Source: an uncultured Clostridia bacterium (GTDB taxonomy: Bacteria > Bacillota > Clostridia > TANB77 > CAG-508). Taken from it: a stretch of DNA of 64,000 nt. The stretch spans positions 41,010 to 105,009 of the forward strand of contig CANQEI010000003.1 of NCBI GenBank assembly GCA_947594845.1. The letters are read 5' to 3'. Of this stretch, positions 1-9,780 are shown in pieces (position 1 is the first letter of the stretch; every line of letters begins with the position of its first letter). The notes under the pieces were generated by a model. The model did no database searches. It was given only the letters and a program-made list of their open reading frames with translations, and was not told the DNA's origin. The position numbers were made by a program, and so were the translations under genes.

Positions 1-908
1 AATGTTGATTGTGGTAAATGAAAATTAGTTATTAGGGCATCTAAACATTTAAATTTATAGCCTGGATATATAAAAATTTTAGTATCTCCTTCTGTTTCTT
101 TTACGAACCCATTTTCATCAGAAATTGTTTCCAAAACTCTGCAAGATGTTGTTCCAACAGAAATAACCCTTTTACCTTTTTTCTTAGCATTATTAATTTT
201 TTCTGCATCTTCTTTTTTTATATAAAAGTGCTCAGAATGCATATCATGCTTTTCCACTTCTGTTTCTTTTACTGGTCTAAATGTACCTATTCCAACATGA
301 AGAGTAACATTTGCAATCTCAATGCCTTTTTGTTTTATTTTCTCTAGTAATTCATCTGTAAAATGTAATCCTGCCGTTGGTGCTGCTGCTGAACCACTAT
401 ATTTTGCATAAACTGTTTGATACCTATTTTTATCTTTTAATGTTTCGTGTATATAAGGAGGTAGTGGCATTAAACCAATTTGGTCCAATACTTCATTAAA
501 TATTCCATCATAATGCATTTTTACTTTTCGAGTTCCACCAGGCATAATTTCAAGAATTTCTCCTGTCATTAAGCCATCTCCAAAAACTACTTTTGTTCCT
601 ATATGTAATTTATTTCCAGGTCTAACAATAGACTCCCAAATATCTCCCTCAATATTTTTCAAAAGCAAAAATTCAACATTTGCTCCAGTCTCTTTTTTAC
701 CATATAACCTTGCAGGTATAACTTTAGTATTATTACGAACCAAACAATCACCAGGTTCTAAATAATCTATTATATCTTTAAAAGTCTTATGTTCTATTGT
801 TTTATTTTCTTTATCTAGTACCATTAACCTTGATTCATCTCGTTTTTCAATTGGTGTTTGAGCAATCAATTCTTCTGGTAGTTCATAATAAAAATCTGAT
901 ACTTTCAA
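1..908 (-). CDS. queA: S-adenosylmethionine:tRNA ribosyltransferase-isomerase QueA, C-terminus runs off the window start
   Basis: Minus-strand translation from TTG at 908 reads [30 protein letters not shown]...[13 protein letters not shown]...[33 protein letters not shown]...[10 protein letters not shown], which is typical QueA. GAGGAG RBS lies just upstream. Absent from the ORF track because there is no stop inside the window. Confidence 0.85.
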   Translation of the reverse strand, partial: MKVSDFYYELPEELIAQTPIEKRDESRLMVLDKENKTIEHKTFKDIIDYLEPGDCLVRNNTKVIPARLYGKKETGANVEFLLLKNIEGDIWESIVRPGNKLHIGTKVVFGDGLMTGEILEIMPGGTRKVKMHYDGIFNEVLDQIGLMPLPPYIHETLKDKNRYQTVYAKYSGSAAAPTAGLHFTDELLEKIKQKGIEIANVTLHVGIGTFRPVKETEVEKHDMHSEHFYIKKEDAEKINNAKKKGKRVISVGTTSCRVLETISDENGFVKETEGDTKIFIYPGYKFKCLDALITNFHLPQST

Positions 909-919
909 TGTTTTCTCCT

Positions 920-2287
920 CTAATCTGTAGTTACACTTGTATTATAATCATAAAATTCTGTATTTTCATCTTTTGATTTTATTAAAATATTCTTTAAATT
1001 TTTGAATACTTGCGTTATTGCATCAATTACATTTTTAGGATTTGTTTCAAATTCTATTTCTGTAGCATTTGAAAAATCGCTCAAATGTACAGGCTTAGTT
1101 GTATATATAAACTTATCAATTCCAACTTTTCCTTGATTGCTATCAATATTACATTGCATATAATCTATATACCAATTTTTTAATCCTTTTTTAGAAACAT
1201 TTTCATATCCAAATTTTTCATTATCATGCAATGCAGGTATTGTATATCCTCTTTCTTTTGCATTTCTTTCTAACGAATGTAAAAATTCGTGAACAAAAAC
1301 TTCTTCTGGAAAAGTATCATTTTTAATATCATATTTGTACATTGTACTATTTTTTAAATTATTAGGCATTCTTATGTTTGAAAATCCAATAGATTCATAT
1401 CTCATACTGCCAAGCCCAATCCAATCTTTTACAGGTATTTCACTACTGGTATTTCCCATTCTAATGCCAATAAAAATATGATCATACTCTTTTTCTTGTA
1501 CATATTTATCAATCAATGGTCTTACATCCTCAGGAGCCACATAATAGTAATTTTCATCATCATATGAAAAATTTGTTAATGGCTCATCTATTTCTATTAT
1601 TTCATGATTAACAACCATTTCATTATTAGAAAAAATTTCACAAGTATTATCAAATCTATTTAAGTTTGCCTCTAATAAATCTTTATCCTCTTGAGTTAAA
1701 GAATATTCATGTCTAGTGCCCTTTATATTAAAATCAACATTATTTATAAAAAAGCATACAACATTCCATTCTTTACTATCATCCTTCTTTCCTTTTTCTA
1801 CATGTATATCAGAAAACCAAACTTTTCCCTTAGAATAACCATTGTATCCTCCAAGTCTAAAGCCTATTCTGACTTTTTCTTGATTTTTACTATCAAACAA
1901 TAGTGTAATCTTTTGCCAATCATTTGTACCTTGCAACGTTGTACTTTGATCAGCTGAATCTACTAAGCTTATACATGCCCCAGAAGTCTCTGGTATAGTG
2001 CTTTCTACATTTTCTGTTTTTACCATACAAGTAACCTTATATGGTGTATCTTTTTCTACAGCAATTTCCTTTAAGAATATTGCGTCATTATAATCTTTGC
2101 TATCAATACAATAACTACTATATTCGTTAGTTTTTTCTTTTGAATCCCTATAAAAGCTCGTTACATTACTTTTATCTTGTGCTTTAGTAAAATCATTAAA
2201 ATAAAATCTTTTATATACGAAAATTATTATTCCAATTAAGATAGCTGTAATAATTATTGATATTATTGTTGAAATAGTTTTTTTCAT
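920..2287 (-). CDS. Membrane-anchored protein with a jelly-roll/CBM-like domain and a zincin HExxH motif (VHEFLHSLE)
   Basis: N-terminal TM helix ([21 protein letters not shown]). The segment ...[21 protein letters not shown]...[12 protein letters not shown] resembles CBM4_9-type modules. HEFLH motif lies in the C-terminal half. Confidence 0.5.
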   Translation of the reverse strand: MKKTISTIISIIITAILIGIIIFVYKRFYFNDFTKAQDKSNVTSFYRDSKEKTNEYSSYCIDSKDYNDAIFLKEIAVEKDTPYKVTCMVKTENVESTIPETSGACISLVDSADQSTTLQGTNDWQKITLLFDSKNQEKVRIGFRLGGYNGYSKGKVWFSDIHVEKGKKDDSKEWNVVCFFINNVDFNIKGTRHEYSLTQEDKDLLEANLNRFDNTCEIFSNNEMVVNHEIIEIDEPLTNFSYDDENYYYVAPEDVRPLIDKYVQEKEYDHIFIGIRMGNTSSEIPVKDWIGLGSMRYESIGFSNIRMPNNLKNSTMYKYDIKNDTFPEEVFVHEFLHSLERNAKERGYTIPALHDNEKFGYENVSKKGLKNWYIDYMQCNIDSNQGKVGIDKFIYTTKPVHLSDFSNATEIEFETNPKNVIDAITQVFKNLKNILIKSKDENTEFYDYNTSVTTD

Positions 2288-2883
2288 ATTTTCTTCATTA
2301 TCTCCTTTAGTGAATTTTGTAAGTTTTCAATTGTTCCGTCATTATTAATTACATAATCTGCTTTTTTTAGAAAAAATTCATTATTGTTTTGAATTTTAAG
2401 TCTTTGCTCTGCTAAATCTTTGTCTATGTTATCTCTTTCACATATTCTAGAAATTTTTTCTTCATGTCTAGCAATTACAGCAATAACAGCATCACAAATT
2501 TTTTCCATTTTTGCTTCATATAACAAAGGAACATCAATAACAATATATTCAAACTTATTTTCAGATTGTAGTTTTTCTATTTTTTTTGAAATTTCATTAA
2601 CAACATAATAAAAAGTTAAAGCATTTAATTCTTTTCTTTTAACAGAATTATTATAGATTATAGAAGCTATTTTCTTTCTATTTAAACTTCCATCATTTCT
2701 CAAAAGCTCTTTTCCAAATAATTCTACCATTTTTTTAAAATACTCTGTCTCTGGATTTGAACTTAACTTTTTAGCGACATCATCTGCATCAATAACAAAA
2801 GCATTATACTCTTTGGCAATTATTTCACTAAGAGTCGTTTTGCCAGCACCTGAAGGTCCAGTAATTCCTAATATTTTCATCAT
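2284..2883 (-). CDS. coaE: Dephospho-CoA kinase
   Basis: MKILGITGPSGAGKTT P-loop at the N-terminus and typical CoaE length. The track start at 2907 is a TTG overlapping rnhA. The ATG-ATG at 2883/2880 after AAGGGG is more plausible. Confidence 0.85.
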   Translation of the reverse strand: MMKILGITGPSGAGKTTLSEIIAKEYNAFVIDADDVAKKLSSNPETEYFKKMVELFGKELLRNDGSLNRKKIASIIYNNSVKRKELNALTFYYVVNEISKKIEKLQSENKFEYIVIDVPLLYEAKMEKICDAVIAVIARHEEKISRICERDNIDKDLAEQRLKIQNNNEFFLKKADYVINNDGTIENLQNSLKEIMKKI

Positions 2884-2893
2884 GCACCCCTTA

Positions 2894-3328
2894 TTAAAAT
2901 TTTTCAATTGCTTTTCTAGCTAACTCATCACACCTATTATTAAATTCATTATCACTATGTCCTTTTACTTTAATGAATTCTATTTTGTGAATTTTAGTAA
3001 AAGAATACAATTCTTCCCATAGTTCTTTATTCTTTACAGGCTTTTTATCTGCAGTTTTCCAATTATTCTTTTTCCAATTGTAAATCCATCCATTATTAAA
3101 AGCATTAACAACATATGCACTATCACTATATACTTTCACTTCGCACTCAAATTTCAATAGCTTCAAAGCTTCTAATACAGCAGTTATCTCCATTATATTG
3201 TTAGTTGTGTCAGCACTTCCCCCTGATATTTCTTTTTTATTATCTTTATACATTAAAATTGCTCCCCAGCCACCTGGACCAGGATTACCAGAACAAGCGC
3301 CATCTGTATAAATAGTTACTTTTTGCAT
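2894..3328 (-). CDS. rnhA: Ribonuclease HI
   Basis: [22 protein letters not shown]...[13 protein letters not shown]...[10 protein letters not shown]...[18 protein letters not shown], the classic RNase H1 signature. Confidence 0.9.
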   Translation of the reverse strand: MQKVTIYTDGACSGNPGPGGWGAILMYKDNKKEISGGSADTTNNIMEITAVLEALKLLKFECEVKVYSDSAYVVNAFNNGWIYNWKKNNWKTADKKPVKNKELWEELYSFTKIHKIEFIKVKGHSDNEFNNRCDELARKAIEKF

Positions 3329-3412
3329 AATATTCCTTCCTTTTGCAATATTATATAATCTATGGTATTATATCAATAATTAAATAAATATACAATAAAG
3401 GAAGGAAATATT

Positions 3413-4603
3413 TTGAGTAACATATTAACAATAATTTCTGAATATAATCCATTTCATTCTGGTCATCTATATCATTTACAAGAATCTTCAAAACTTGTTA
3501 ATGCAGACTACAAAGTTGCAATTATCTCAGGTAACTTTGTTCAACGTGGTGAACCTAGCATATTAAACAAATGGGAAAAAGCTAAAGTTGCACTAGAAAA
3601 TGGATTTGATTTAATAATAGAATTACCATGTATTTATGCAATATCAAGTGCAGAAAACTTTGCAAGTGGCGCAGTAAAAATTGCTAATCAAATTAATTCT
3701 ACTTATCTATCTTTTGGAAGTGAAGTTGGTAAATTAAGTGAATTAAAAAAATTAACAACATTAATTTCAGAAAATGAAAAAATTTATAATAAAAAAATAA
3801 AAGAAAAGCTTTCTGATGGAAATTCTTATCCTAAGTCTCAAGAATTAGTAATAAATGAATTATTTCATTATGAATTTGATGCAATCTGCTCACCTAACAA
3901 TATACTAGGTCTAGAGTATCTAAAAGCTTTACAAAACACTAATTCACATATTCAGCCAATAACAATAAAAAGGAATGATAAATTACCATCTTCTTCAAAA
4001 ATAAGAACCCATATAAGACAAAATGAAAATTTAGAAAATTTGAAAAATGTCTTACCTACTACATCATATTTAGTAATCCAAGAAAATATATCTAATGGTC
4101 ATTTAGTAACATCTATAAAGAACTTTGAAAAAGAGATACTATTTTCTATAAGAAAAATGAAATTTGAAGAATTAAAAAATGTACCTGATATTCCCGAAAA
4201 TATGATAAATAAGATAAAATCAGCTGGAGATTTTTGTAATACTGTAGAAGAACTTATACAAATATTAAAAAATAAAAGCATAACACAAGCAAGAATTCAA
4301 AGAATTTTATTATATATTCTTTTAGGAATAACAAAAAAAGATATGAAGATGTCAAAAAATACAGTTCCATATGTACGTGTATTAGGAATTAATAATAAAG
4401 GAAAGCAACTCTTATCCTCTATTTCTAAATCTACTCCTAACTTAATAACATCTGTTAAAACTTTTGAAAGCAAATGTGATGATTCAAACCTTCTTAGAAT
4501 GTTAGAAATAGATAGATTGGCAACTGATATATATACTTTAGCTTACAAAAAAGATTCACAATCAAATCTTGACTACACTACAAAATTAATTGAAAAATTT
4601 TAA
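3413..4603 (+). CDS. tmcAL: tRNA(Met) cytidine acetate ligase (TmcAL/YlbM family nucleotidyltransferase)
   Basis: ISEYNPFHSGHLYHL HxGH motif, ~400 aa, GNFVQRGEP motif typical of the UPF0348/TmcAL family. Confidence 0.8.
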   Translation: MSNILTIISEYNPFHSGHLYHLQESSKLVNADYKVAIISGNFVQRGEPSILNKWEKAKVALENGFDLIIELPCIYAISSAENFASGAVKIANQINSTYLSFGSEVGKLSELKKLTTLISENEKIYNKKIKEKLSDGNSYPKSQELVINELFHYEFDAICSPNNILGLEYLKALQNTNSHIQPITIKRNDKLPSSSKIRTHIRQNENLENLKNVLPTTSYLVIQENISNGHLVTSIKNFEKEILFSIRKMKFEELKNVPDIPENMINKIKSAGDFCNTVEELIQILKNKSITQARIQRILLYILLGITKKDMKMSKNTVPYVRVLGINNKGKQLLSSISKSTPNLITSVKTFESKCDDSNLLRMLEIDRLATDIYTLAYKKDSQSNLDYTTKLIEKF

Positions 4604-4627
4604 TAATAATAATTATTATATATATAC

Positions 4628-4957
4628 GTTTTCTTTGTTATTATTTTTTTTAATTTTGACATTTTCATTGAAAACGCAGCATAGAAATTGTTAATTTTAT
4701 AAGTAGAGAATCTCACAGGATTGAGGATTCTACGCAATAAAATTACAATCTCAAGCAAATAAAATAAATAAGCAAAAAGTTTTCTTTATTATTATTTTTT
4801 TTAAATTTTGACGTTTGCAGTGAAAACGCAGCATAGAAATTGTTAATTTTATAAGTAGGGAATCTCACAGGATTGAGGGCGCTACGCAATAAAATTTACA
4901 ATTTCTTGCAAGTGAAACAAACAGGCAAAATTTAAAAAAAATAATAATAAAGAAAAC
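4628..4957. repeat. Two tandem copies (period 151 bp) of a palindromic AT-rich element. Copy 2 (4779-4957) is bounded by perfect 32-bp terminal inverted repeats.
   Basis: Direct repeat GTTTTCTTT(G/A)TTATTATTTTTTTT..TTTTGAC...GAAAACGCAGCATAGAAATTGTTAATTTTATAAGTAG.GAATCTCACAGGATTGAGG... starts at 4628 and 4779. GTTTTCTTTATTATTATTTTTTTTAAATTTTG (4779-4810) is the exact reverse complement of 4926-4957. The inner arms GCATAGAAATTGTTAATTTTAT and ATAAAATTTACAATTTCTTGC are also complementary. Confidence 0.85.
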
Positions 4958-4994
4958 TATATATTAATAATATTATTGTTTTGAAAGGAATTTT

Positions 4995-5849
4995 ATGCAA
5001 AAATTAATTGTAGAACCAAAATATAATAATAAAAAATTAAGTACATTTCTATATGACCACTTTAATGGTTTAACATCAGCAACATTTTACAAAGCATTAA
5101 GAAAAAAAGACATTAGAATAAACAATGTGCGAATAAATGAAGACCAAATTATTCATGAATTTGATTTAATAACAATTTATATTTTAGATGACTTCTTATA
5201 TAAAAACTTAAATTTAGAAAAAGTATATGAAGACGAAAATATATTAATAATAAACAAACCTGTTGAATTAGAAGTTGTTTCTGAATCTAAAGAAGAAACA
5301 GCTACTTCACTACTTCAAAAACAATATTCATACATACAGCCATGCCATAGACTAGACAGAAATACTACAGGTCTTGTAATGTTCGCTAAAAATGAAGAAT
5401 CACTAAAAATATTATTAGAAAAATTTAAAAATAAAGAAATAAAGAAAAACTATATTTGTACAGTATTAGGAAAAATGCCAAAAAAAGAAGACCTTTTAAA
5501 AGCCTACTTATTTAAAGACAATAAAAAATCATTAGTATACATTTCAGACACTCCCAAAAAAGGATATCAAGAAATTCTAACAAAATATACTGTTTTATCT
5601 GAAAATACTAAAGAAAACACCTCTAACCTTGACATTGAACTTATAACAGGAAGAACTCATCAAATAAGAGCACACTTAGCACATATTGATCATCCAATCA
5701 TTGGAGACGGAAAATATGGAATTAACGAAATAAACAAAAAATTCAAATGTAAATATCAGAAATTAAAAAATTATAAGATACAATTTGTCTTTGATACTTC
5801 GGCTGGATTTTTAGATTATTTAAATAACAAAACAATTAAAATATCTTAA
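4995..5849 (+). CDS. RluA-family 23S rRNA/tRNA pseudouridine synthase with N-terminal S4-like domain
   Basis: HRLDRNTTGLVMFAKN (catalytic Asp motif) and TGRTHQIRAHLAHIDHPIIGDGKYG. Confidence 0.85.
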   Translation: MQKLIVEPKYNNKKLSTFLYDHFNGLTSATFYKALRKKDIRINNVRINEDQIIHEFDLITIYILDDFLYKNLNLEKVYEDENILIINKPVELEVVSESKEETATSLLQKQYSYIQPCHRLDRNTTGLVMFAKNEESLKILLEKFKNKEIKKNYICTVLGKMPKKEDLLKAYLFKDNKKSLVYISDTPKKGYQEILTKYTVLSENTKENTSNLDIELITGRTHQIRAHLAHIDHPIIGDGKYGINEINKKFKCKYQKLKNYKIQFVFDTSAGFLDYLNNKTIKIS

Positions 5850-5885
5850 AAAAGTCCTTGTTCATCTTTAACAAGGACTTTTTTA
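5850..5885. terminator. Bidirectional rho-independent terminator between convergent genes
   Basis: AAAAGTCCTTGTT-catcttt-AACAAGGACTTTT hairpin flanked by an A-run and a T-run. Confidence 0.75.
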
Positions 5886-5889
5886 TCTA

Positions 5890-6444
5890 TTAATTTCTTT
5901 CAAATATACTTAGTACTTTTGCTACAACAGCAATAATTTTATTACACTGCGTTTTAGCGAAATTTTTTCCTAAAGCTTTTCCACCAACTGTTAGTGATGC
6001 CACTAATGCACTCATAATAAATTGAATATTATAATCTAATCCAAATGAAGCAGTAATTTTTAAAGTTAACATAGCACTAATTGCACCACTAAGTACACCA
6101 CATATATCACCAATTACATCAGCACAAATATTTGAAACTTTAGGTGCTGATCTTATTAATCTTAGTGCAGTTTTAGCACTTTTAACCTTTTTAGAAGCCA
6201 TAGCGTGAAAGTCTTCTTCGGTTGCACACGTTACAGCAACACCAATAATATCAAAAAATACTCCAACTAAAATAACTACAATCAAGACAATTAATGCCGG
6301 TATTACATCTAAAGCATTTATACTTGTTGTTGAAATGTAGGAAAAAGTCATTGAAAGAATAAAAGTTATTATAAATACTATAAAAAACCATTTAATAGCC
6401 TCGCCTTTTGCATTTTTACCTTTTTTCTCTTGTTTATTTTTCAA
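5890..6444 (-). CDS. Small polytopic membrane protein, function unknown
   Basis: TTG start with GAAAGGA RBS. Several hydrophobic helices. No motif I can name securely. Confidence 0.5.
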   Translation of the reverse strand: MKNKQEKKGKNAKGEAIKWFFIVFIITFILSMTFSYISTTSINALDVIPALIVLIVVILVGVFFDIIGVAVTCATEEDFHAMASKKVKSAKTALRLIRSAPKVSNICADVIGDICGVLSGAISAMLTLKITASFGLDYNIQFIMSALVASLTVGGKALGKNFAKTQCNKIIAVVAKVLSIFERN

Positions 6445-6531
6445 TTAATCTATCATCCTTTCATTAATTTTTTTCATTATATAATAATTATGCTTTTTTG
6501 CCTATACCTTTTTAATTTTAATTAAAAAAAT

Positions 6532-6580
6532 AAAAAAGGATTTATTTTTAATAAGTACTTTCACTTATAATAATAAATCC
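6532..6580 (-). terminator. Long AT-rich hairpin plus T-run on the minus strand, located upstream of the 5890..6444 gene (attenuator-like position)
   Basis: Minus strand reads GGATTTATTATTATAAGTGAAAGTACTTATTAAAAATAAATCC followed by TTTTTTATTTTTTT. Confidence 0.6.
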
Positions 6581-6864
6581 AAATTTATAAATTACGTATA
6601 TAAAGATGGTAGAAATTTAAGTAAATTTTACGGTTTAAGGTCTAGCAGAATTTCTCTATTTCCTACTAAATATTACTATTTAGCTGTTTCCATTTAAAAG
6701 AAATATTCCTTAAAAGTTTCGGAAAGCTAGATCGCCACTAAAATCCGTACCTTAATCCCTAAATTTCCAAGCTTCTCAATTAAAGCAAACATTCTAGAAG
6801 TTTTCCTTAATGCACTATTACCTATTATTAGTTTCTTTTGCAACAATGATTTCATAGTCTTAAA

Positions 6865-7170
6865 TAAAAAATGTGGCCGCATTTTTTATTTAACTAATGA
6901 CTAATCCCAAGATTATCACTCAAAACGATTTACTGTACACTAAAAAAGTACTGTTAAACTAGATATATCATCAAAAGATAACATTGATGACAGCGAAAAT
7001 AGGAATCTAAATATATGCCATTATATTTTATCCTACATTCTTTACTCCTTATAAACACACAAAACTGGCATTTTGCGCATAATATAAGAAACTTTATCTA
7101 ATAAATCATGTGTGGATTTTTAGCCCCACCCTCATAATAGATAGTACAACTAGAATAATGCACCACCGAG
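6865..7170 (-). ncRNA. Candidate ~300-nt non-coding transcript, class unknown, bracketed by a strong promoter and a terminator
   Basis: Sigma-A-like promoter at 7175-7203. Hairpin AAAAAATG(C/T)GGCC(A/G)CATTTTTT at 6865-6887. No ORF with an RBS in between. Internal hairpin TCATCAA-n9-TTGATGA. Confidence 0.35.
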
Positions 7171-7174
7171 ATAT

Positions 7175-7203
7175 ATTATACCAAAAAAAAACTTTATTGG
7201 CAA
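7175..7203 (-). promoter_or_regulatory. Sigma-A type promoter with extended -10
   Basis: Minus strand reads TTGCCA-17 nt-TATAAT, with TG immediately upstream of the -10 (TGGTATAAT). Confidence 0.55.
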
Positions 7204-7263
7204 ATTTAGTCTGAAAAGTTTCAGGCTAAATTTACCGACAAAGCTATTTTTTAAAATGCTATT

Positions 7264-9669
7264 TTATGTATTTTCCTCTGTTTTTCTCTTCTTTTCTCTC
7301 TTTTTCTTATTTTTTTGAGTGCTGCTTTTCTCTGCATTTTCTGAATCATTTTTCTCTTCAGGCTTCTCTTCAGTTTGTGCTAAATCTTTTAATTTCACAT
7401 CATACTCTTCAACATAAATTTGAGTTAATTTTGGATATATATCATCATATTCATTAAAATATCTATTTGTTTTTATCTTCTTTTTATCAACCAATTCAAA
7501 CTCAAACATATTAGCATCTATTAAAACTTTTGATGAAACATCCATACCAACAGGCAAAGTATTGTTATTATTATCGTAAAAAATACTATTAGTTAGATAT
7601 ATAATTGGAAATTTCTCCTTAAAATTTAATTTTAATAATTTAACAGAAGTTTCGAATTTATTTTCATAAGACAATAATTCTTTTTCAATATTTATATCTA
7701 ACAAATTATAATCAGTTTGATGTAATTTTTCATTAACAGCAACAATTTTATAAAGTGGCATATCATAAACTGCCGTAATTTTGTGCATTGCCTCTTTCAA
7801 TGAATTTACAATAGACTGCAATTTTTCAGTAAAATCAAAAACATCAATTTTCTTATTTACATTTAGTATTTGAAATTTATCTTTTTCACTCTCTCTATGT
7901 GCTTTATTATTCAAATATCTAACTAAAGTAGAGTCCTCTTTCATTGTCCCAAAAATATCAAAATCTGTTTTAGCAGTAGATGGTGATGACATAAAATATT
8001 CAGATTTTAAACTGCGTAGCAATTCATCAATAATATCTTTGTTCATTTCCCCATCTCTAATCATATTGATTACTGGTAATACATTAGTTGTAGCAATGAA
8101 AATATCATCCATTTCTTTTTTAGAGAACTTCGTTCTTTCTTGCCTATCAGAAGAAATCCCTAAATCTTCAAAATCATATTCATAATTAAATTTTTTCTTT
8201 ATATTTAAAGGTGCATTTTCCTCAACAGAGTCACCTGTTTCCAATTCTAATAATTCATCTTTATTTGCAAATTTCCAAAACTCAAATAAACTCTTTTTAT
8301 GTTCATCAATTTCATTAAGATATGTAGTAGCATTTTTTACTTTCTTTTTAGTATTTTCTATTTTTAATTCTAAAGCACTAATATCTTGATTTAAATCTTT
8401 AACATATCTATCGCTTTTCTCATATAATGCTTGAATTGCAACTAAATCATCTATTGCATGATATTTTTTATCATCAACATATCCCTGAATTGGTTTTGGC
8501 TCTTTTGTTTCCTCTTTTTGAACCTCTTCGTGGTTTTCAACTTTTCCAATTTTAGCATATTTTTTCTTTGAAAAGAAATATTTAACTTTTCCAAAGAAAG
8601 TTTTTTTACATTCTAAATATGTTGAAATTTGTTTTTGCTTAATAAAATATTCTGCATCAAGTTTTTTAGATTCTTCTTTTAATTTTTTTAATTTTTCCTC
8701 TAATTTAAAAGCTTGCTGATTAAATTTTTTTATTGTAGCCTCTGTTTGAATATATTCTTTCTTTATAAATTCAGGCAAATCGCTATAAACCATTTTTTTA
8801 TTATCATAATAAAATTCAATTTTATTATCAGCGTCAATCTGTGTTTCAAATTTATACCTATCGCCAAGTTCTGTTTGTAATATAAATAATGCTCTTGTAA
8901 GATTGTAAAATTCTTCTGCTTCTTCTTTAGAAGATAATACTATTTTGTACATAGATTTTAAGTCATCATATATTGGTGTCTCTCCAACAATTTGTAATGT
9001 TAATTTTTCGTTTTTATCATATACTTCATATGTTAGAGACCAGTTTTTAGTAAATACCCACAAGTAATTTTCCACATCATTTATTTGTTTATTTGTTAAA
9101 AACTTTTCACTATAATTTACATATGAGATTGGAATATAAATTTTTTCATCTTTTCCAGTTTTTTCAATATCAATTTTCTTCTTTAATAAATAGAAAAACT
9201 CATCAAATGTCTGTTCCTTAAGTGATACTAGCATAAAATATTTATTTGTATCTTCTGAATAATAAACCTGCCACATTTGACTTCTATTATAATGAACTGC
9301 AAAAGGAATTTTCTCTCTCATCTTTTTTTGTTCATTTTCTATTCTTATTAGACTTGCATTTGATATTCTTTCAAAAGCATTTAATAATTCTACCGATTTT
9401 TCTGAGTCTTCTTGACTTTTATCAATATATTCAGCTAAAGGAAGAGCTCTATTATATTTTTCTTTAACCAAATCATCTCTATATGCTGGTGTACAATAAA
9501 TGTCAATATCTTTTATTGAAACATATTTATACACTTTTAATTCCTTATCATTGTTAAGTCTAGATGGATTGAATATTATTGGCTTTACTTCTCTTAAAAA
9601 TTTAGGTAAATTATCCAAGTCTAAACCAATTATATTTAATTTTTCTTTTATATCTTCTTTCGTAGCCAA
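7264..9669 (-). CDS. Large (801 aa) cytoplasmic protein of unknown function with a central coiled-coil and a Lys/Glu-rich tail
   Basis: TTG start preceded by GAGGAGGAAG RBS. Long uninterrupted ORF. Heptad-like K/E-rich central segment. C-terminal KKKREKKRKTEE tail. No recognisable catalytic motif. Confidence 0.6.
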   Translation of the reverse strand: MATKEDIKEKLNIIGLDLDNLPKFLREVKPIIFNPSRLNNDKELKVYKYVSIKDIDIYCTPAYRDDLVKEKYNRALPLAEYIDKSQEDSEKSVELLNAFERISNASLIRIENEQKKMREKIPFAVHYNRSQMWQVYYSEDTNKYFMLVSLKEQTFDEFFYLLKKKIDIEKTGKDEKIYIPISYVNYSEKFLTNKQINDVENYLWVFTKNWSLTYEVYDKNEKLTLQIVGETPIYDDLKSMYKIVLSSKEEAEEFYNLTRALFILQTELGDRYKFETQIDADNKIEFYYDNKKMVYSDLPEFIKKEYIQTEATIKKFNQQAFKLEEKLKKLKEESKKLDAEYFIKQKQISTYLECKKTFFGKVKYFFSKKKYAKIGKVENHEEVQKEETKEPKPIQGYVDDKKYHAIDDLVAIQALYEKSDRYVKDLNQDISALELKIENTKKKVKNATTYLNEIDEHKKSLFEFWKFANKDELLELETGDSVEENAPLNIKKKFNYEYDFEDLGISSDRQERTKFSKKEMDDIFIATTNVLPVINMIRDGEMNKDIIDELLRSLKSEYFMSSPSTAKTDFDIFGTMKEDSTLVRYLNNKAHRESEKDKFQILNVNKKIDVFDFTEKLQSIVNSLKEAMHKITAVYDMPLYKIVAVNEKLHQTDYNLLDINIEKELLSYENKFETSVKLLKLNFKEKFPIIYLTNSIFYDNNNNTLPVGMDVSSKVLIDANMFEFELVDKKKIKTNRYFNEYDDIYPKLTQIYVEEYDVKLKDLAQTEEKPEEKNDSENAEKSSTQKNKKKREKKRKTEENT

Positions 9670-9728
9670 TTTATAACTTCCTCCTCGTTATAATTTATAT
9701 CAGTATATCATAATAAAAAATTTTTTCC

Positions 9729-9766
9729 AATATATAAACAAAAGAAAATGGGATAGTTTTTATTAA
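9729..9766 (-). terminator. Rho-independent terminator downstream of thrS
   Basis: AATGGGATAGTT-loop-AACTATCCCATT followed by a T-run on the minus strand. Confidence 0.75.
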
Positions 9767-9780
9767 CTATCCCATTAGTG

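Noticed and set aside
1709-1903. Short antisense or shadow ORFs throughout the track. Examples are 1709..1903, 2420..2608, 4099..4281, 7266..7457, 9246..9467, 10686..10889, 12293..12484, 12554..12850, 15065..15439, 16410..16673, 18119..18349, 19301..19516, 19871..20059, 20237..20458, 22433..23224, 26866..27609, 28683..29210, 30418..30957, 31782..31985, 37667..38350, 43281..44304, 47780..49465, 51039..51329, 54243..55296, 56135..56395, 58795..59163, 59965..60186 and 63378..63596.
   Set aside because: Each lies entirely inside, and opposite or out of frame to, a long ORF with clear family signatures. They have low-complexity F/L/I/S-rich translations typical of AT-rich antisense frames and no RBS.
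4628-4957. Considered a CRISPR array or a leader.
   Set aside because: There are only two long (151-bp) directly abutting units with no unique spacers, and no cas genes nearby. The palindromic architecture fits a MITE/REP-like repeat instead.
6445-7263. Considered tmRNA, RNase P RNA, SRP RNA, a group II intron domain V, a T-box, an M-box or a cobalamin riboswitch.
   Set aside because: None of the diagnostic cores is present on either strand. The cores checked were the GGGG...tRNA-like CCA end, GAGGAAAGTCC, GGAAGCAGC, the GGGTGGTACCGCG-type T-box, GTTAGGTGAGGC and the B12 box. The region is left as an unclassified candidate RNA.
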